A stretch of 64,000 nt of DNA from a virus. Lineage: Duplodnaviria > Caudoviricetes. A program made the translations under genes and the position numbers. The stretch is from IMG/VR virus record IMGVR_UViG_3300011113_000415; one strand, 5' to 3'. The notes beneath the pieces are model-generated. The model saw only the letters and a program-made list of their open reading frames with translations. It was not told where the DNA came from and ran no database searches. Shown in pieces: positions 47,039 through 56,883 of this stretch (within the stretch, counting starts at the first letter, position 1; every line of letters starts with the position of its first letter).

Positions 47039-50000
47039 ATGGCCTTTCCAGTATCGCCGACGAACGGCCAAACTGCTGTTGTTAACAACATAACATACCA
47101 GTTTTCCAACGTGGGCAACACGTGGACACGCATACTGTCTACAGCCAATATCATCACAGCCAATACCTTGGCCTCAAACGGCTACATCTCGGCTGTTGGC
47201 AATATCATAACCGGCAACTATTTCATAGGTAACGGATCGTTGCTGACTGGAATAACATTAAATCCAGGAAACATCTCTAACGGTACTTCAAACGTCACTG
47301 TTGTGAGTTCAGGTGGCAACGTCACTGTGGGTGTGGGCGGAACAGGCAATGTAGCAGTGTTTGCCACTACAGGCGAGTATGTAACAGGTGTAGTATCAGC
47401 GTCGGGCAACATCACCGGCGGTAATATTTTAACAGCGGGATTGGTAAGTGTAACTGGTACACTGAGTGTGACTGGTGCCACAACATTAGGCACAGCCAGC
47501 ACAGGTAACTTGTCAGCAGGCAATGTGACCACAGGCGGTTTAGTAAGTGCCGCAGGCAATGTCACTGGTGGTAATTTATTAACGGCTGGACTAATCAGTT
47601 CTACAGGCACAATCACAGGATCAAGTCACTTGGGCGCAGTGGTCAGTGTCACTGCCAATGTCACTGGCGGTAACATCTTAACTGCTGGATTGATATCAGC
47701 CACCGGCACCATCACTTCAGCAGCCAACGTGTTGGGTGGCAACTTAACCACGGCAGGGTTGGTCACGGCAACTGGTAATGTTACAGGTGGAAACATAATC
47801 ACAGGCGGATTAGTATCAGCAACTGCCAACGTAACTGGTGGTAATATCGTAACTGCAGGGTTGATATCAGCCACTGGCACTATCACTTCAGCAGCCAACG
47901 TGTCGGGTGGCAATCTTACCACAGCAGGTTTGGTCACAGCAACTGGTAACATTATTGGCGGCAATTTAACCACGGCTGGATTGATCACTGCCACAGGTAA
48001 TATCACCGGTGGCAACATATTAACAAGTGGATTGATATCAGCCACTGGCAACGTGCAAGGCGGTAATCTTGTATTGACCACTGGTGCTTTGACTTTAAGC
48101 AACGTAAACGTAACTTCTAGCACATCAGCAATTCAGGGTTGGAGTTACGCCAACGTCAGTTTATCTATCTCAGCGTCAGAAGGTACGTCTACTGGTTTGT
48201 TCTTTGGCAACTCTGGATCAAGTTTTTATGTAGTTGGAACCACAAACGATCGTGTTTATCAATACAACATGAGCACTACCAACATGGCCAACACTGGCAC
48301 TGTGTTTGGCAACGTAAGCGTAACCACACAAGATGGTACACCAGCCGATTTGTTTATTGACAGTACTGGTGCCAACATGTATATGTTGGGATCTACCAAT
48401 AGAGTTGTATATCAATACACACTGTCATCGCCGTGGAATATTACCACAGCATCTTATGCTACGCTAAGTGCCAACATCAGTGCTCAAGAAGCAACACCAA
48501 CTGGTGTATGGTTCAAGCCCGACCTTACAACCATGTATTTGGTTGGTACGACTAACTCAACAGTTTATCAATACACACTGACAACGCCAGGTAACATAGC
48601 AACCGCTGCCTACGCAACTAAATCAGTGTCGGTATCTACAGCAACTACACCACACGCTGTAAATTTAAGCAGCGACGGTGCCAAGATGTGGGTTCTAAGT
48701 CAATCCGTTCCAGCGGTGTATGAATGGAACCTGGCTACTCCTTGGGATATCAGCACAGCAACTCACTCATTGGGCAACAGTTTTGGTATTCTTCCGCAAG
48801 AAGGCACACCTACTGGTATGTATGTTGACCTGGCAAATACCAAGGCATGGGTAGTTGGATCGGCTAGTGATGCAGTATTTCAATACAACACAGCAAACTC
48901 AATCATTGCTCAAGCCAATGCAGTGGGTATTCAAGGACAATTGGCGGTTCAGGGCAATGCTTGGTTTGGTCAACAAGTACAATTTGGTGGTGCAGTTCGA
49001 GCAGAAACCACACTAACTGTTGACTCATCATTTTCAGCCGGTAGCACCTCGACTTTTTCGACCACAACTGGCACCATTGGTATTGGCACTAGCCAAACCA
49101 CAGGAACCACAACCATTGGCGGCACTGCACAAACTGGTAATATTTTGATAGGCCAGAGCACTGCCACACAAATTTTAAACATTGGCACAGGTGCAGTCTC
49201 TAGCGCCAACACCAAGAGTATTAATATAGCAGCCAACGGTGTTGCAAACTCTGTCAGTAACGTGACTATTTTCAGTAACGTAGCCGGTAATAGCACAATG
49301 ACCATTGGCGCAAACACTGGCAACACCACGGTGAGTCTCACTGGTAACACCATAGTTGCCATTGCCAACACATCGGGCTCAGCACTCAGCGTAGCAGGTA
49401 ATATCACAGGTGGTAACATATCTACTGCTGGATTACTGTCAGCCACAGCCAACGTTACTGGCGGTAATTTACTAACTGCTGGACTGATTTCTGCCACAGC
49501 CAATATTACAGGTGGTAACGTACTATTTGGTGCAGGCGTAGTGTCAGGTACCGGTAACATCTATGGTGGCAACATATCTGGCACCATCATAGCCAGTTCA
49601 TTCTCTACCGCTGGCAATATCACCGGTGGCAATTTGCTAACAGGTGGTCTTGTATCAGCCACATCAACAATCACCTCGGCTGCCAATATCACTGGTGGTA
49701 ACTTGCTCACAGGTGGACTTGTGTCAGCCACTGGCAACGTCACTGGTGGTAACTTGCTCACAGGTGGACTGATCAGCGCCACTTCGACTATAACTTCAGC
49801 AGCCAACATCACTGGTGGCAACATCTTGACAGGTGGATTGATCAGTGCCACAGCCAACGTTGTGGCCAACAACGGTATGTTCACTAACATTGTGAACACA
49901 GCAAGTTTCACTGGATCAGTGGCATCACTAAGTGGTAACGTAACAGGTGGCAATCTACTAACTGCTGGTCTGGTATCAGCCACCAGTACTATCACAAGTT

Positions 50001-51505
50001 CGGCAAACATCACAGGCGGTAATCTACTAACTGCTGGCCTGGCCAGTGTTACAGGTAACGTGATCGCTGGCAACGTCAACACCGCCACTGTTAGACCCAC
50101 AAGCGGCGCATTGACTCTAAGTACAGCATCGGGTGCTATCAACTTGAACCCAGCCGGTAACATTGTTCTAAGTGCCAACACCTATATCAACAACTTGAAC
50201 AGTCCAGTTCAGGATGCAGATGCTGCCACCAAGGCCTATGTTGACAACTTTGCGGCACAAGGCATTTCATACCACTCACCAGTGAGCGCAGCCACCACAA
50301 CCACTTTGGCCACAACCACAGGTGGTACAATCACTTACACACAGCCTAACGGGGCGTCAAATGGTATTGGTGCATATCTAAGTACTACAGGTAGTTTCAA
50401 CTTGATTGACACAGTAAACGTTCAGACTGCAGGAACCCGTATTCTTGTCAAGAACGAAGGCAACGCTGTATACAATGGCGTGTACACTTGGTCAAATGCC
50501 ACTGCTATTGTACGTTCAACTGACACAGATGAATATGGTGCAAATAGTTCAGAACAGTTGAGTCTGAATGACTATTTCTTTGTGTCAAATGGTAATGTCA
50601 ACGTTGGCAGTGCTTATGTTGTTAACGCACCCACAGGTACAATCACATTTGGTACTTCAAACATCACGTTTGCCCAGTTCAGTTCAAGCCAAGTCTACAC
50701 GGCCAATGGTTCAGCAGGTTTGAGTTTAACCGGTACTGTATTTTCGGCCAAAGTAGACAACACAACCACAGCCTTTGATGGCACAGGTAACATTATTGTC
50801 AAAGCCAGTGCTAACTTGACCACACCCAACATTGGTGCCGCAACAGGCACAAGTTTGAGTGTCACAGGTAATGTCACAAGCGGTAACGTCAACACCGGGG
50901 GCGTAATTACAGCAACTGGTAATGTAACTGGTGGTAACATCCTGACAGGTGGATTATTGTCTGCTACAGCAAACGTAACCGGTGGCAATCTGTTAACAGG
51001 CGGGTTGATTAGTGCCGCTGGTTCTATTACCACAGGCGGTGATCATAGCCTAACAGGTAACATCGTTGACACTGGTACTCTTTGGATCAACACCAGCAGT
51101 AACGGCAACATCAACTTAAATCCCAATGGCACTGGACAGACCAATATACCAGTGGGCATACTCAGCGTTACTGCTAACATTTCTGGTGGTAATCTATTAA
51201 CACCGGGCCTAGTTAGTGCCGCTGGTACCATAACTGGCTCGAGTCACCTAGGATCAGTAGTTTCAGTAACAGCCAACATTACTGGTGGCAATTTGCTCAC
51301 AGGTGGGTTGATAAGTGCCACAGCCAACATCACAGGCGGTAACATTATCACTGCCGGCTTGATCACAGCATCAGGCAATGTGAACGTGCTGGCCAACGTG
51401 AACATTGGTAATGCTAATTCAGTGACCTGGGCCAATGCATCAGGTATAAGAGTGTACACATATTATAACAACAGCGCCACAAGTTTAGACACGGTGTTCT
51501 TATAA
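47039..51505 (+). CDS. Long fibre/adhesin protein (1488 aa), paralogous modules plus an inserted beta-propeller-like domain
   Basis: N-terminus nearly identical to the 41383 gene; 17-aa repeats; propeller-type repeats GxxFxxDxxxMYxxGxxxxxVYQYxLxxPWxIxTA at ~48130-48900. Confidence 0.8.
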   Translation: MAFPVSPTNGQTAVVNNITYQFSNVGNTWTRILSTANIITANTLASNGYISAVGNIITGNYFIGNGSLLTGITLNPGNISNGTSNVTVVSSGGNVTVGVGGTGNVAVFATTGEYVTGVVSASGNITGGNILTAGLVSVTGTLSVTGATTLGTASTGNLSAGNVTTGGLVSAAGNVTGGNLLTAGLISSTGTITGSSHLGAVVSVTANVTGGNILTAGLISATGTITSAANVLGGNLTTAGLVTATGNVTGGNIITGGLVSATANVTGGNIVTAGLISATGTITSAANVSGGNLTTAGLVTATGNIIGGNLTTAGLITATGNITGGNILTSGLISATGNVQGGNLVLTTGALTLSNVNVTSSTSAIQGWSYANVSLSISASEGTSTGLFFGNSGSSFYVVGTTNDRVYQYNMSTTNMANTGTVFGNVSVTTQDGTPADLFIDSTGANMYMLGSTNRVVYQYTLSSPWNITTASYATLSANISAQEATPTGVWFKPDLTTMYLVGTTNSTVYQYTLTTPGNIATAAYATKSVSVSTATTPHAVNLSSDGAKMWVLSQSVPAVYEWNLATPWDISTATHSLGNSFGILPQEGTPTGMYVDLANTKAWVVGSASDAVFQYNTANSIIAQANAVGIQGQLAVQGNAWFGQQVQFGGAVRAETTLTVDSSFSAGSTSTFSTTTGTIGIGTSQTTGTTTIGGTAQTGNILIGQSTATQILNIGTGAVSSANTKSINIAANGVANSVSNVTIFSNVAGNSTMTIGANTGNTTVSLTGNTIVAIANTSGSALSVAGNITGGNISTAGLLSATANVTGGNLLTAGLISATANITGGNVLFGAGVVSGTGNIYGGNISGTIIASSFSTAGNITGGNLLTGGLVSATSTITSAANITGGNLLTGGLVSATGNVTGGNLLTGGLISATSTITSAANITGGNILTGGLISATANVVANNGMFTNIVNTASFTGSVASLSGNVTGGNLLTAGLVSATSTITSSANITGGNLLTAGLASVTGNVIAGNVNTATVRPTSGALTLSTASGAINLNPAGNIVLSANTYINNLNSPVQDADAATKAYVDNFAAQGISYHSPVSAATTTTLATTTGGTITYTQPNGASNGIGAYLSTTGSFNLIDTVNVQTAGTRILVKNEGNAVYNGVYTWSNATAIVRSTDTDEYGANSSEQLSLNDYFFVSNGNVNVGSAYVVNAPTGTITFGTSNITFAQFSSSQVYTANGSAGLSLTGTVFSAKVDNTTTAFDGTGNIIVKASANLTTPNIGAATGTSLSVTGNVTSGNVNTGGVITATGNVTGGNILTGGLLSATANVTGGNLLTGGLISAAGSITTGGDHSLTGNIVDTGTLWINTSSNGNINLNPNGTGQTNIPVGILSVTANISGGNLLTPGLVSAAGTITGSSHLGSVVSVTANITGGNLLTGGLISATANITGGNIITAGLITASGNVNVLANVNIGNANSVTWANASGIRVYTYYNNSATSLDTVFL

Positions 51506-51506
51506 A

Positions 51507-53021
51507 ATGCCAATAGCAACTAGACTCACCAATACAGGAACATTATTGGTCAACGGCTCGTTTGACGAGAATACCTCAATCACTCCTGCAAAATTTCGCA
51601 CAACATCAACCACGGTGTATGCTGGCACATTGGATGAGGCCAGCCTGACCGCAGGTGCTATTAGTTTCAATGGAACTAGTCAGTATTTGACTGCTACAAG
51701 TCCGAACTTATCCGGAACTTGGACAGTAGAGATGTGGTGTTACTGGACAACCGGAGCAACACAAACCACTATAGTTAGTTTTAACAATGGTAGTAATAGT
51801 GGAATTAATTTGTGGAAAAACTCATCTAATCAACTGGTAGCCGACGATGGAGTAAATGGTGTGACGCCAATGTCCACAGTCACTCCCACAATAAATGCAT
51901 GGAACCATATTGCGTTTGTTAGAGTCGGAACAACCACAAGTGGCTATGTAAATGGAGTATTGGCCGGAACAACCACTTATACTCCAGGAACAACATCCGT
52001 GATTAGTGTGGGTCGATATAATGGTACTCCTTTTTATTATTTTCCAGGATATATTTCCAATCTTCGAGTGGTCAATGGAACAGCAGTTTACACAGCCGCA
52101 TTTACTCCACCACAGTCAATACTACCTGCTATATCAGGAACAAGTTTTCTGTTGAATGTAGTTAACTCCGCAAACTTTATTCAAGACAACAGCCCAAATG
52201 CATATACCGTAACCAACAACGGTACGGCTACCTGGACTGCTACTGGCCCATTCAATCAAGGTTCTACCACATTAAAACAACGACTAGTCAATGACGGCAC
52301 TCAGGAAGTGTACACTCAATTTGATGAATTTACGGGAGCACCAGTTGTTAATACCAATTTGATGGTTTGGGTAGATGCCGGACAAACAGCCAGTTATTCA
52401 GGTTCGGGTACCACTTGGACTGATCTTAGTGGTAATGGTAAAACTTATACTTTAGGCAACTCGCCAACTTTTAATTCAATCACCGGCGGCGGAGTTATAA
52501 CATTTGCTGGAGCCAGCAGTCAGTATGCCACCACAGCCTCTACACTGTTCAACTCCACCACAACCAATACCTACAGCATGAACATTTGGGTTTATCCTAC
52601 AGGTGCTGGCCAGATTGTACAAGTGGATGGACAATCAACTCCCAACACCGGATATCATTATACTGCCCTAGAAATTACTGCGGCAGGATTGATATATTTC
52701 GGACAATGGACCGGCACAAACTCTGTGATTGCCACAAGTTCTCAGAGTTTAAATGCCTGGTACAACCTGGCGATCACTTATGATGGAAACACAGCCACAG
52801 CCTATGTCAATGGAACCAGCGTAGGATCTAGTACTATTGCATGGAGTGCTCCAGGCGCTAGTACATTTTTTGGTTTAATGGCGCAGGATGGTACCAATAT
52901 GACTGGCACAGCGGCCTATGCCAGCGGTAGTATTGGTGCGTTTATGGTGTATAACCGTGCTTTAACTGCAGATGAAGTCACAACAAATTTCAACGCTCTG
53001 CGAAACAGATACGGTAGATAA
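51507..53021 (+). CDS. Tandem LamG/concanavalin-A-like lectin-domain protein (504 aa)
   Basis: WTVEMW...WNHIAFVR...YVNG...GYISNLRV and WYNLAITYDG...YVNG...MVYNRALTADEV. Confidence 0.8.
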   Translation: MPIATRLTNTGTLLVNGSFDENTSITPAKFRTTSTTVYAGTLDEASLTAGAISFNGTSQYLTATSPNLSGTWTVEMWCYWTTGATQTTIVSFNNGSNSGINLWKNSSNQLVADDGVNGVTPMSTVTPTINAWNHIAFVRVGTTTSGYVNGVLAGTTTYTPGTTSVISVGRYNGTPFYYFPGYISNLRVVNGTAVYTAAFTPPQSILPAISGTSFLLNVVNSANFIQDNSPNAYTVTNNGTATWTATGPFNQGSTTLKQRLVNDGTQEVYTQFDEFTGAPVVNTNLMVWVDAGQTASYSGSGTTWTDLSGNGKTYTLGNSPTFNSITGGGVITFAGASSQYATTASTLFNSTTTNTYSMNIWVYPTGAGQIVQVDGQSTPNTGYHYTALEITAAGLIYFGQWTGTNSVIATSSQSLNAWYNLAITYDGNTATAYVNGTSVGSSTIAWSAPGASTFFGLMAQDGTNMTGTAAYASGSIGAFMVYNRALTADEVTTNFNALRNRYGR

Positions 53022-53028
53022 CTTGCGG

Positions 53029-53034
53029 TAAATA
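53029..53034 (+). promoter_or_regulatory. Late promoter box 7 nt before ATG 53042
   Basis: GGTAAATAT. Confidence 0.65.
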
Positions 53035-53041
53035 TACAACT

Positions 53042-53836
53042 ATGGCCAAACTCAACTCCGGAACCAGAATTTATGGCAACGTTACAATAGATACGTTTGT
53101 CACAGCCACAGGCAACGTGATTGGTGGTAACGTATTGACTGGTGGATTAATATCAGCCACATCAACAATCACAAGTGCTGCCAATATCACTGGTGGCAAC
53201 ATCTTGACTGGTGGATTAATCAGTTCAACTGGCACTATTACAGGTTCAAGTCATCTTGGTTCTGTAGTGTCAGTAACTGCCAATGTCACTGGTGGCAACG
53301 TGTTAACAGCAGGATTGATTTCTGCCACATCAACAATCACCTCAGCAGCCAACGTGATTGGTGGAAATATTACCACAACTGGTGTAGTCACAGCAACTGG
53401 TAATATCACAGGTGGCAATGTTTTAACTGGCGGGTTGGTCAGTGCCACTGCTAACGTTGCAGGTGGAAATCTTACAACAGTTGGGCAAATTTCAGCAACT
53501 GGTAATATCACTGGTAATTATTACATTGGAAATGGTGCGTTCTTAACTGGACTCAACGTAGGTGCAGCCAGCCAAATTGCCAACGGTGCTACGACTATCA
53601 GTATCCCCCAGGCTTCGGGCAATATTACTTTCAATGTGGCGGGTGCGTCAAATACTGTGGTTATAAACCTGGGCAGTTTGACCATGTACGGCACATTTGC
53701 GGGACCAAAAACGCTGAACGCTAACGTGTCGGTGGCAGATTCAGTAAATGCCCTGCTGTTGGGCCCTGTTACTCTGGCAAATAACTACAACATCACAGTG
53801 CCCGATACATCAACGCTGTATGTTTTTGCACCATAA
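53042..53836 (+). CDS. Short fibre-like protein with 17-aa repeats (264 aa)
   Basis: MAKLNSGTRIYG; the same SATxNITGGNxLTGG repeats. Confidence 0.7.
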   Translation: MAKLNSGTRIYGNVTIDTFVTATGNVIGGNVLTGGLISATSTITSAANITGGNILTGGLISSTGTITGSSHLGSVVSVTANVTGGNVLTAGLISATSTITSAANVIGGNITTTGVVTATGNITGGNVLTGGLVSATANVAGGNLTTVGQISATGNITGNYYIGNGAFLTGLNVGAASQIANGATTISIPQASGNITFNVAGASNTVVINLGSLTMYGTFAGPKTLNANVSVADSVNALLLGPVTLANNYNITVPDTSTLYVFAP

Positions 53837-53857
53837 ATACAGCCAGGAATAGAATTT

Positions 53858-55066
53858 ATGTCATTATCACTAGACGGCACAACAGGTATATCAGCAACGG
53901 GTAACATCATATCTAGTGGTGGTATTATCTCCGCTACAGGCAACATCTACGGCGGAAACATTATTGGTACTTTGGTAGTTTCTACTGCTACATTTTCGGG
54001 TAACGTCACAGCAGGTAACTTGCTGACCGGTGGGTTAATAAGTGCAACTGGCACAGTCACAGGATCAAGTTTCCTTGGCTCAGTGGTTTCTGTCACAGCC
54101 AACGTAACCGGTGGCAACTTGCTCACAGGTGGACTTATATCAGCCACTTCTACAATCACATCAGCGGCCAATATCACCGGTGGCAACTTGCTCACAGGTG
54201 GATTGATAAGTTCAACTGGTACAATCACTGGCTCAAGCCATTTAGGATCAGTTGTGTTTGTAACAGCCAACATAACTGGTGGTAACGTACTAACTGCTGG
54301 CGTTGTAAGTGCAACAGGCAACATTAACGCCAACTTTTTTATTGGCAACGGTAGTCAGTTATCGGGTCTAAGTGCCAGTAAAATATTCAACGGAACATCA
54401 GAAGCCAACATTGGTGCATCAGGTGGCAATGCTAACATTACAATTGGTGGTACATCAAACGTGGTGGTTGTTGCAACCACTGGTGTACTAGTTACTGGTA
54501 TCACAAGTGCAACAGGTAACATTACAGGTGGTAATTTGACCACAGCCGGTATCTTAACAGTAAACTCGGGCAATGCTTCAGGTGCAGTTATTGTTAATGC
54601 AGGCGGCAACGCTGTAGGTAATATTGGCAGTGCCACAACCTACTTCAACAGATTATATGCTCAAGCCACCACAGCACTCTACGCTGACTTGGCTGAGGTT
54701 TACAAAAGTGATGCACCATATCCCCCAGGTACTGTGTTGGTGTTTGGTGGTACGCAAGAAGTCACAATGAGCACAGTGAGTCACGATACCAAAATTGCTG
54801 GAGTAGTTTCTACGCACCCAGCACACGTTATGAATTCAGGCTTGCAATCAGAATTCACTGTGGAAGTTGGCTTGATTGGTCGTGTGCCGTGTCGTGTAAT
54901 TGGACCAATCTCAGCAGGTGATCGTGTGGTGTCAAGCAATCGTGCTGGTGTTGCCGAACGCCTAGACATGTCACAGTATCAACCAGGCGTAATCATTGGC
55001 AAGGCAGTAGAAAGTTATTCAGGCTTAGATGTGGGCACGATTGAAGTTGTGGTTGGTAGACTATAA
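53858..55066 (+). CDS. Fibre-like protein (402 aa) sharing the C-terminal domain of the 1881-aa protein
   Basis: TAAATA at 53834 and AGGA SD; YFNRLYAQATTALYADLAE...AGVVSTHPAHVMN...GLIGRVPC. Confidence 0.75.
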   Translation: MSLSLDGTTGISATGNIISSGGIISATGNIYGGNIIGTLVVSTATFSGNVTAGNLLTGGLISATGTVTGSSFLGSVVSVTANVTGGNLLTGGLISATSTITSAANITGGNLLTGGLISSTGTITGSSHLGSVVFVTANITGGNVLTAGVVSATGNINANFFIGNGSQLSGLSASKIFNGTSEANIGASGGNANITIGGTSNVVVVATTGVLVTGITSATGNITGGNLTTAGILTVNSGNASGAVIVNAGGNAVGNIGSATTYFNRLYAQATTALYADLAEVYKSDAPYPPGTVLVFGGTQEVTMSTVSHDTKIAGVVSTHPAHVMNSGLQSEFTVEVGLIGRVPCRVIGPISAGDRVVSSNRAGVAERLDMSQYQPGVIIGKAVESYSGLDVGTIEVVVGRL

Positions 55067-55489
55067 AGACCGTTCTACCTGCTCTAGTTTTTGTTGCACA
55101 GCATCCATATTCACAGTGTTCCACAGGCCAGGATGCAATGGTCGAGGCCAACGTCCTGATTCAATCCAGGCATAGCCAGTGTGTTCGTGATTCAAATCTG
55201 GCACAAATTCATAATCTACTCTGCACCAAAAAGTATGGTATTCGAACGCACCGTCAGGTGATGTGAATTGTTCTATAGGTATGAGTCGTTCGTAGTCAGG
55301 AACACTACCCAGTTCTTCTTCACACTCGCGTTCTACTGCCACCAACAAACTTTCTCCTGACTCTACCTTGCCCCCGGCCAGCCCCCAGGTGTCAGGGTAC
55401 TTGACATCATTTCTTAACAGATACAGATAGCGTTGTGTTCTGGCACAAAAAAACCAAACACCCACAGCCCTTATAGTATGAGGTTCCAC
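55061..55489 (-). CDS. Nudix hydrolase (142 aa)
   Basis: Nudix box GGKVESGESLLVAVERECEEELG. Confidence 0.9.
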   Translation of the reverse strand: MEPHTIRAVGVWFFCARTQRYLYLLRNDVKYPDTWGLAGGKVESGESLLVAVERECEEELGSVPDYERLIPIEQFTSPDGAFEYHTFWCRVDYEFVPDLNHEHTGYAWIESGRWPRPLHPGLWNTVNMDAVQQKLEQVERSL

Positions 55490-56877
55490 GAGCCTCCGGC
55501 ATACAAGCCATCAATGCTTTTGACCCAGGCATCGCCGGTCCACTTGTACTGTATGCCTGTGGTTAGATTGGTCACATACTGTGTTTCGGTGTCTGTGACA
55601 CTGTTGAATGCTATGATCCAACGCACACCATCAAATTCAATGATGTCATTGGCATTGGCCAGCAAGGGTTGACCAGCCATGCCCAACCATGCACTGGGAT
55701 TTTGACTGTTTGAGGAATTGCCTGTTGCTTCGGTTAACAGGTATCTTTGACCCAATAGACTGCTGTCAAGTCCATCACCAGGACCAGACAGCAAAGGATT
55801 GATCACAGAATCCACAGGCAACAAAGTGTTTTGCGGAGCAGTGTCAGGATCAATATTGAATATTAGCAGTCGATCATCAGCAGGATTTATGGTAACAGTA
55901 CCTACAATACTGGAGTCTGGATTCCAGGGATTGTCTAGAGTGATATAACTCACACCAGGTCGCAACACACCATATGCTTCAATCACAGCAGGCCAAGTTA
56001 TCTGGGGATCTTCCACAATGGGGAATGTGAAAGGTGACAAACTCAATCTGTTGGGCACTACCACTTCCGCTGGCTGTAAAATTTGCAGTTGTCCATCCAA
56101 CAACACCACTTGATAGTTCCAAGGCGTGACTTTGAGGCGTGTTCCCAACAGCAGATCGTTGTCTAATATGGCATTGGCAGCATCACCATTGGCATCAAAT
56201 ATTGATGCAATCACACGTTCGACCACGCCCAGTTTCTTGACCTTGGCCGGTGAACTGATCCAAATAGGGATACCAAATGTCAAGGTCATGATGTCTATGG
56301 GATTTTCTGTGTTAACAGGTATAACTCTTGAACTCCAGTTTACTTTTTCCAAATCAACCACACTCAATGAAGTCCAGTCAATGTAGTTTTCTGAACTTTG
56401 TATCTCCAGGCTGGGATTGAACAAGGTGGCAATCTGCTCAAACAACTGCATTTTTTGGTTGGTGTTTGATGTCCAGATGTCCAAGTTTATGGTCATACGA
56501 TATGGCACAGGCATCAAGCGTTCAATGGTAAAAGCATTGCCTTGGGTGGTTTCGTAGGAGTCTGTGGCAGCATCATAAGTGCGTTGACGAACCTGCATTT
56601 TGTTCACATGATACGGCTCTTGCATTCTGGGACGATCATAATCAAGTGCAGTTATGTAAAAAGTCATGAGCGGGGTTGATGGCAAGGCATTGGCTGAGTT
56701 TTGTTGCATGATTGTGGCGGCCTGACGAGTAGCATCGCCATAACGCACAGGAACACGAATCAAGTCTGTAGTGCCTTGCTCGTTGCGGCCATATTCCACT
56801 TGAAACAAACTGACCATGCGTGTGAACTGTAGCAGGTATCTGCGTATCTGTTCGTCGAAAAAATACATTTGACTCAT
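55471..56877 (-). CDS. gp15: Tail sheath stabiliser / tail terminator gp15-like, with C-terminal extension
   Basis: YFFDEQIRRYLLQF, RVPVRYGD, RLMPVPY, QLFEQIATLFNPSL. Confidence 0.8.
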   Translation of the reverse strand: MSQMYFFDEQIRRYLLQFTRMVSLFQVEYGRNEQGTTDLIRVPVRYGDATRQAATIMQQNSANALPSTPLMTFYITALDYDRPRMQEPYHVNKMQVRQRTYDAATDSYETTQGNAFTIERLMPVPYRMTINLDIWTSNTNQKMQLFEQIATLFNPSLEIQSSENYIDWTSLSVVDLEKVNWSSRVIPVNTENPIDIMTLTFGIPIWISSPAKVKKLGVVERVIASIFDANGDAANAILDNDLLLGTRLKVTPWNYQVVLLDGQLQILQPAEVVVPNRLSLSPFTFPIVEDPQITWPAVIEAYGVLRPGVSYITLDNPWNPDSSIVGTVTINPADDRLLIFNIDPDTAPQNTLLPVDSVINPLLSGPGDGLDSSLLGQRYLLTEATGNSSNSQNPSAWLGMAGQPLLANANDIIEFDGVRWIIAFNSVTDTETQYVTNLTTGIQYKWTGDAWVKSIDGLYAGGSWNLIL

Positions 56878-56883
56878 TTTTGA

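Noticed and set aside
41577-54636. Many long minus-strand ORFs (MLPVAVTxPPV... up to 316 aa) in the fibre cluster
   Set aside because: Antisense shadows of the repetitive GGN/ACN/AAY-rich plus-strand genes; they have no SD or promoter and simply mirror the repeat
37725-55066. Diversity-generating retroelement (TR/VR pair) in the fibre genes
   Set aside because: Paralogous blocks differ mostly at synonymous third positions, not specifically at adenines, and no reverse transcriptase is in the window
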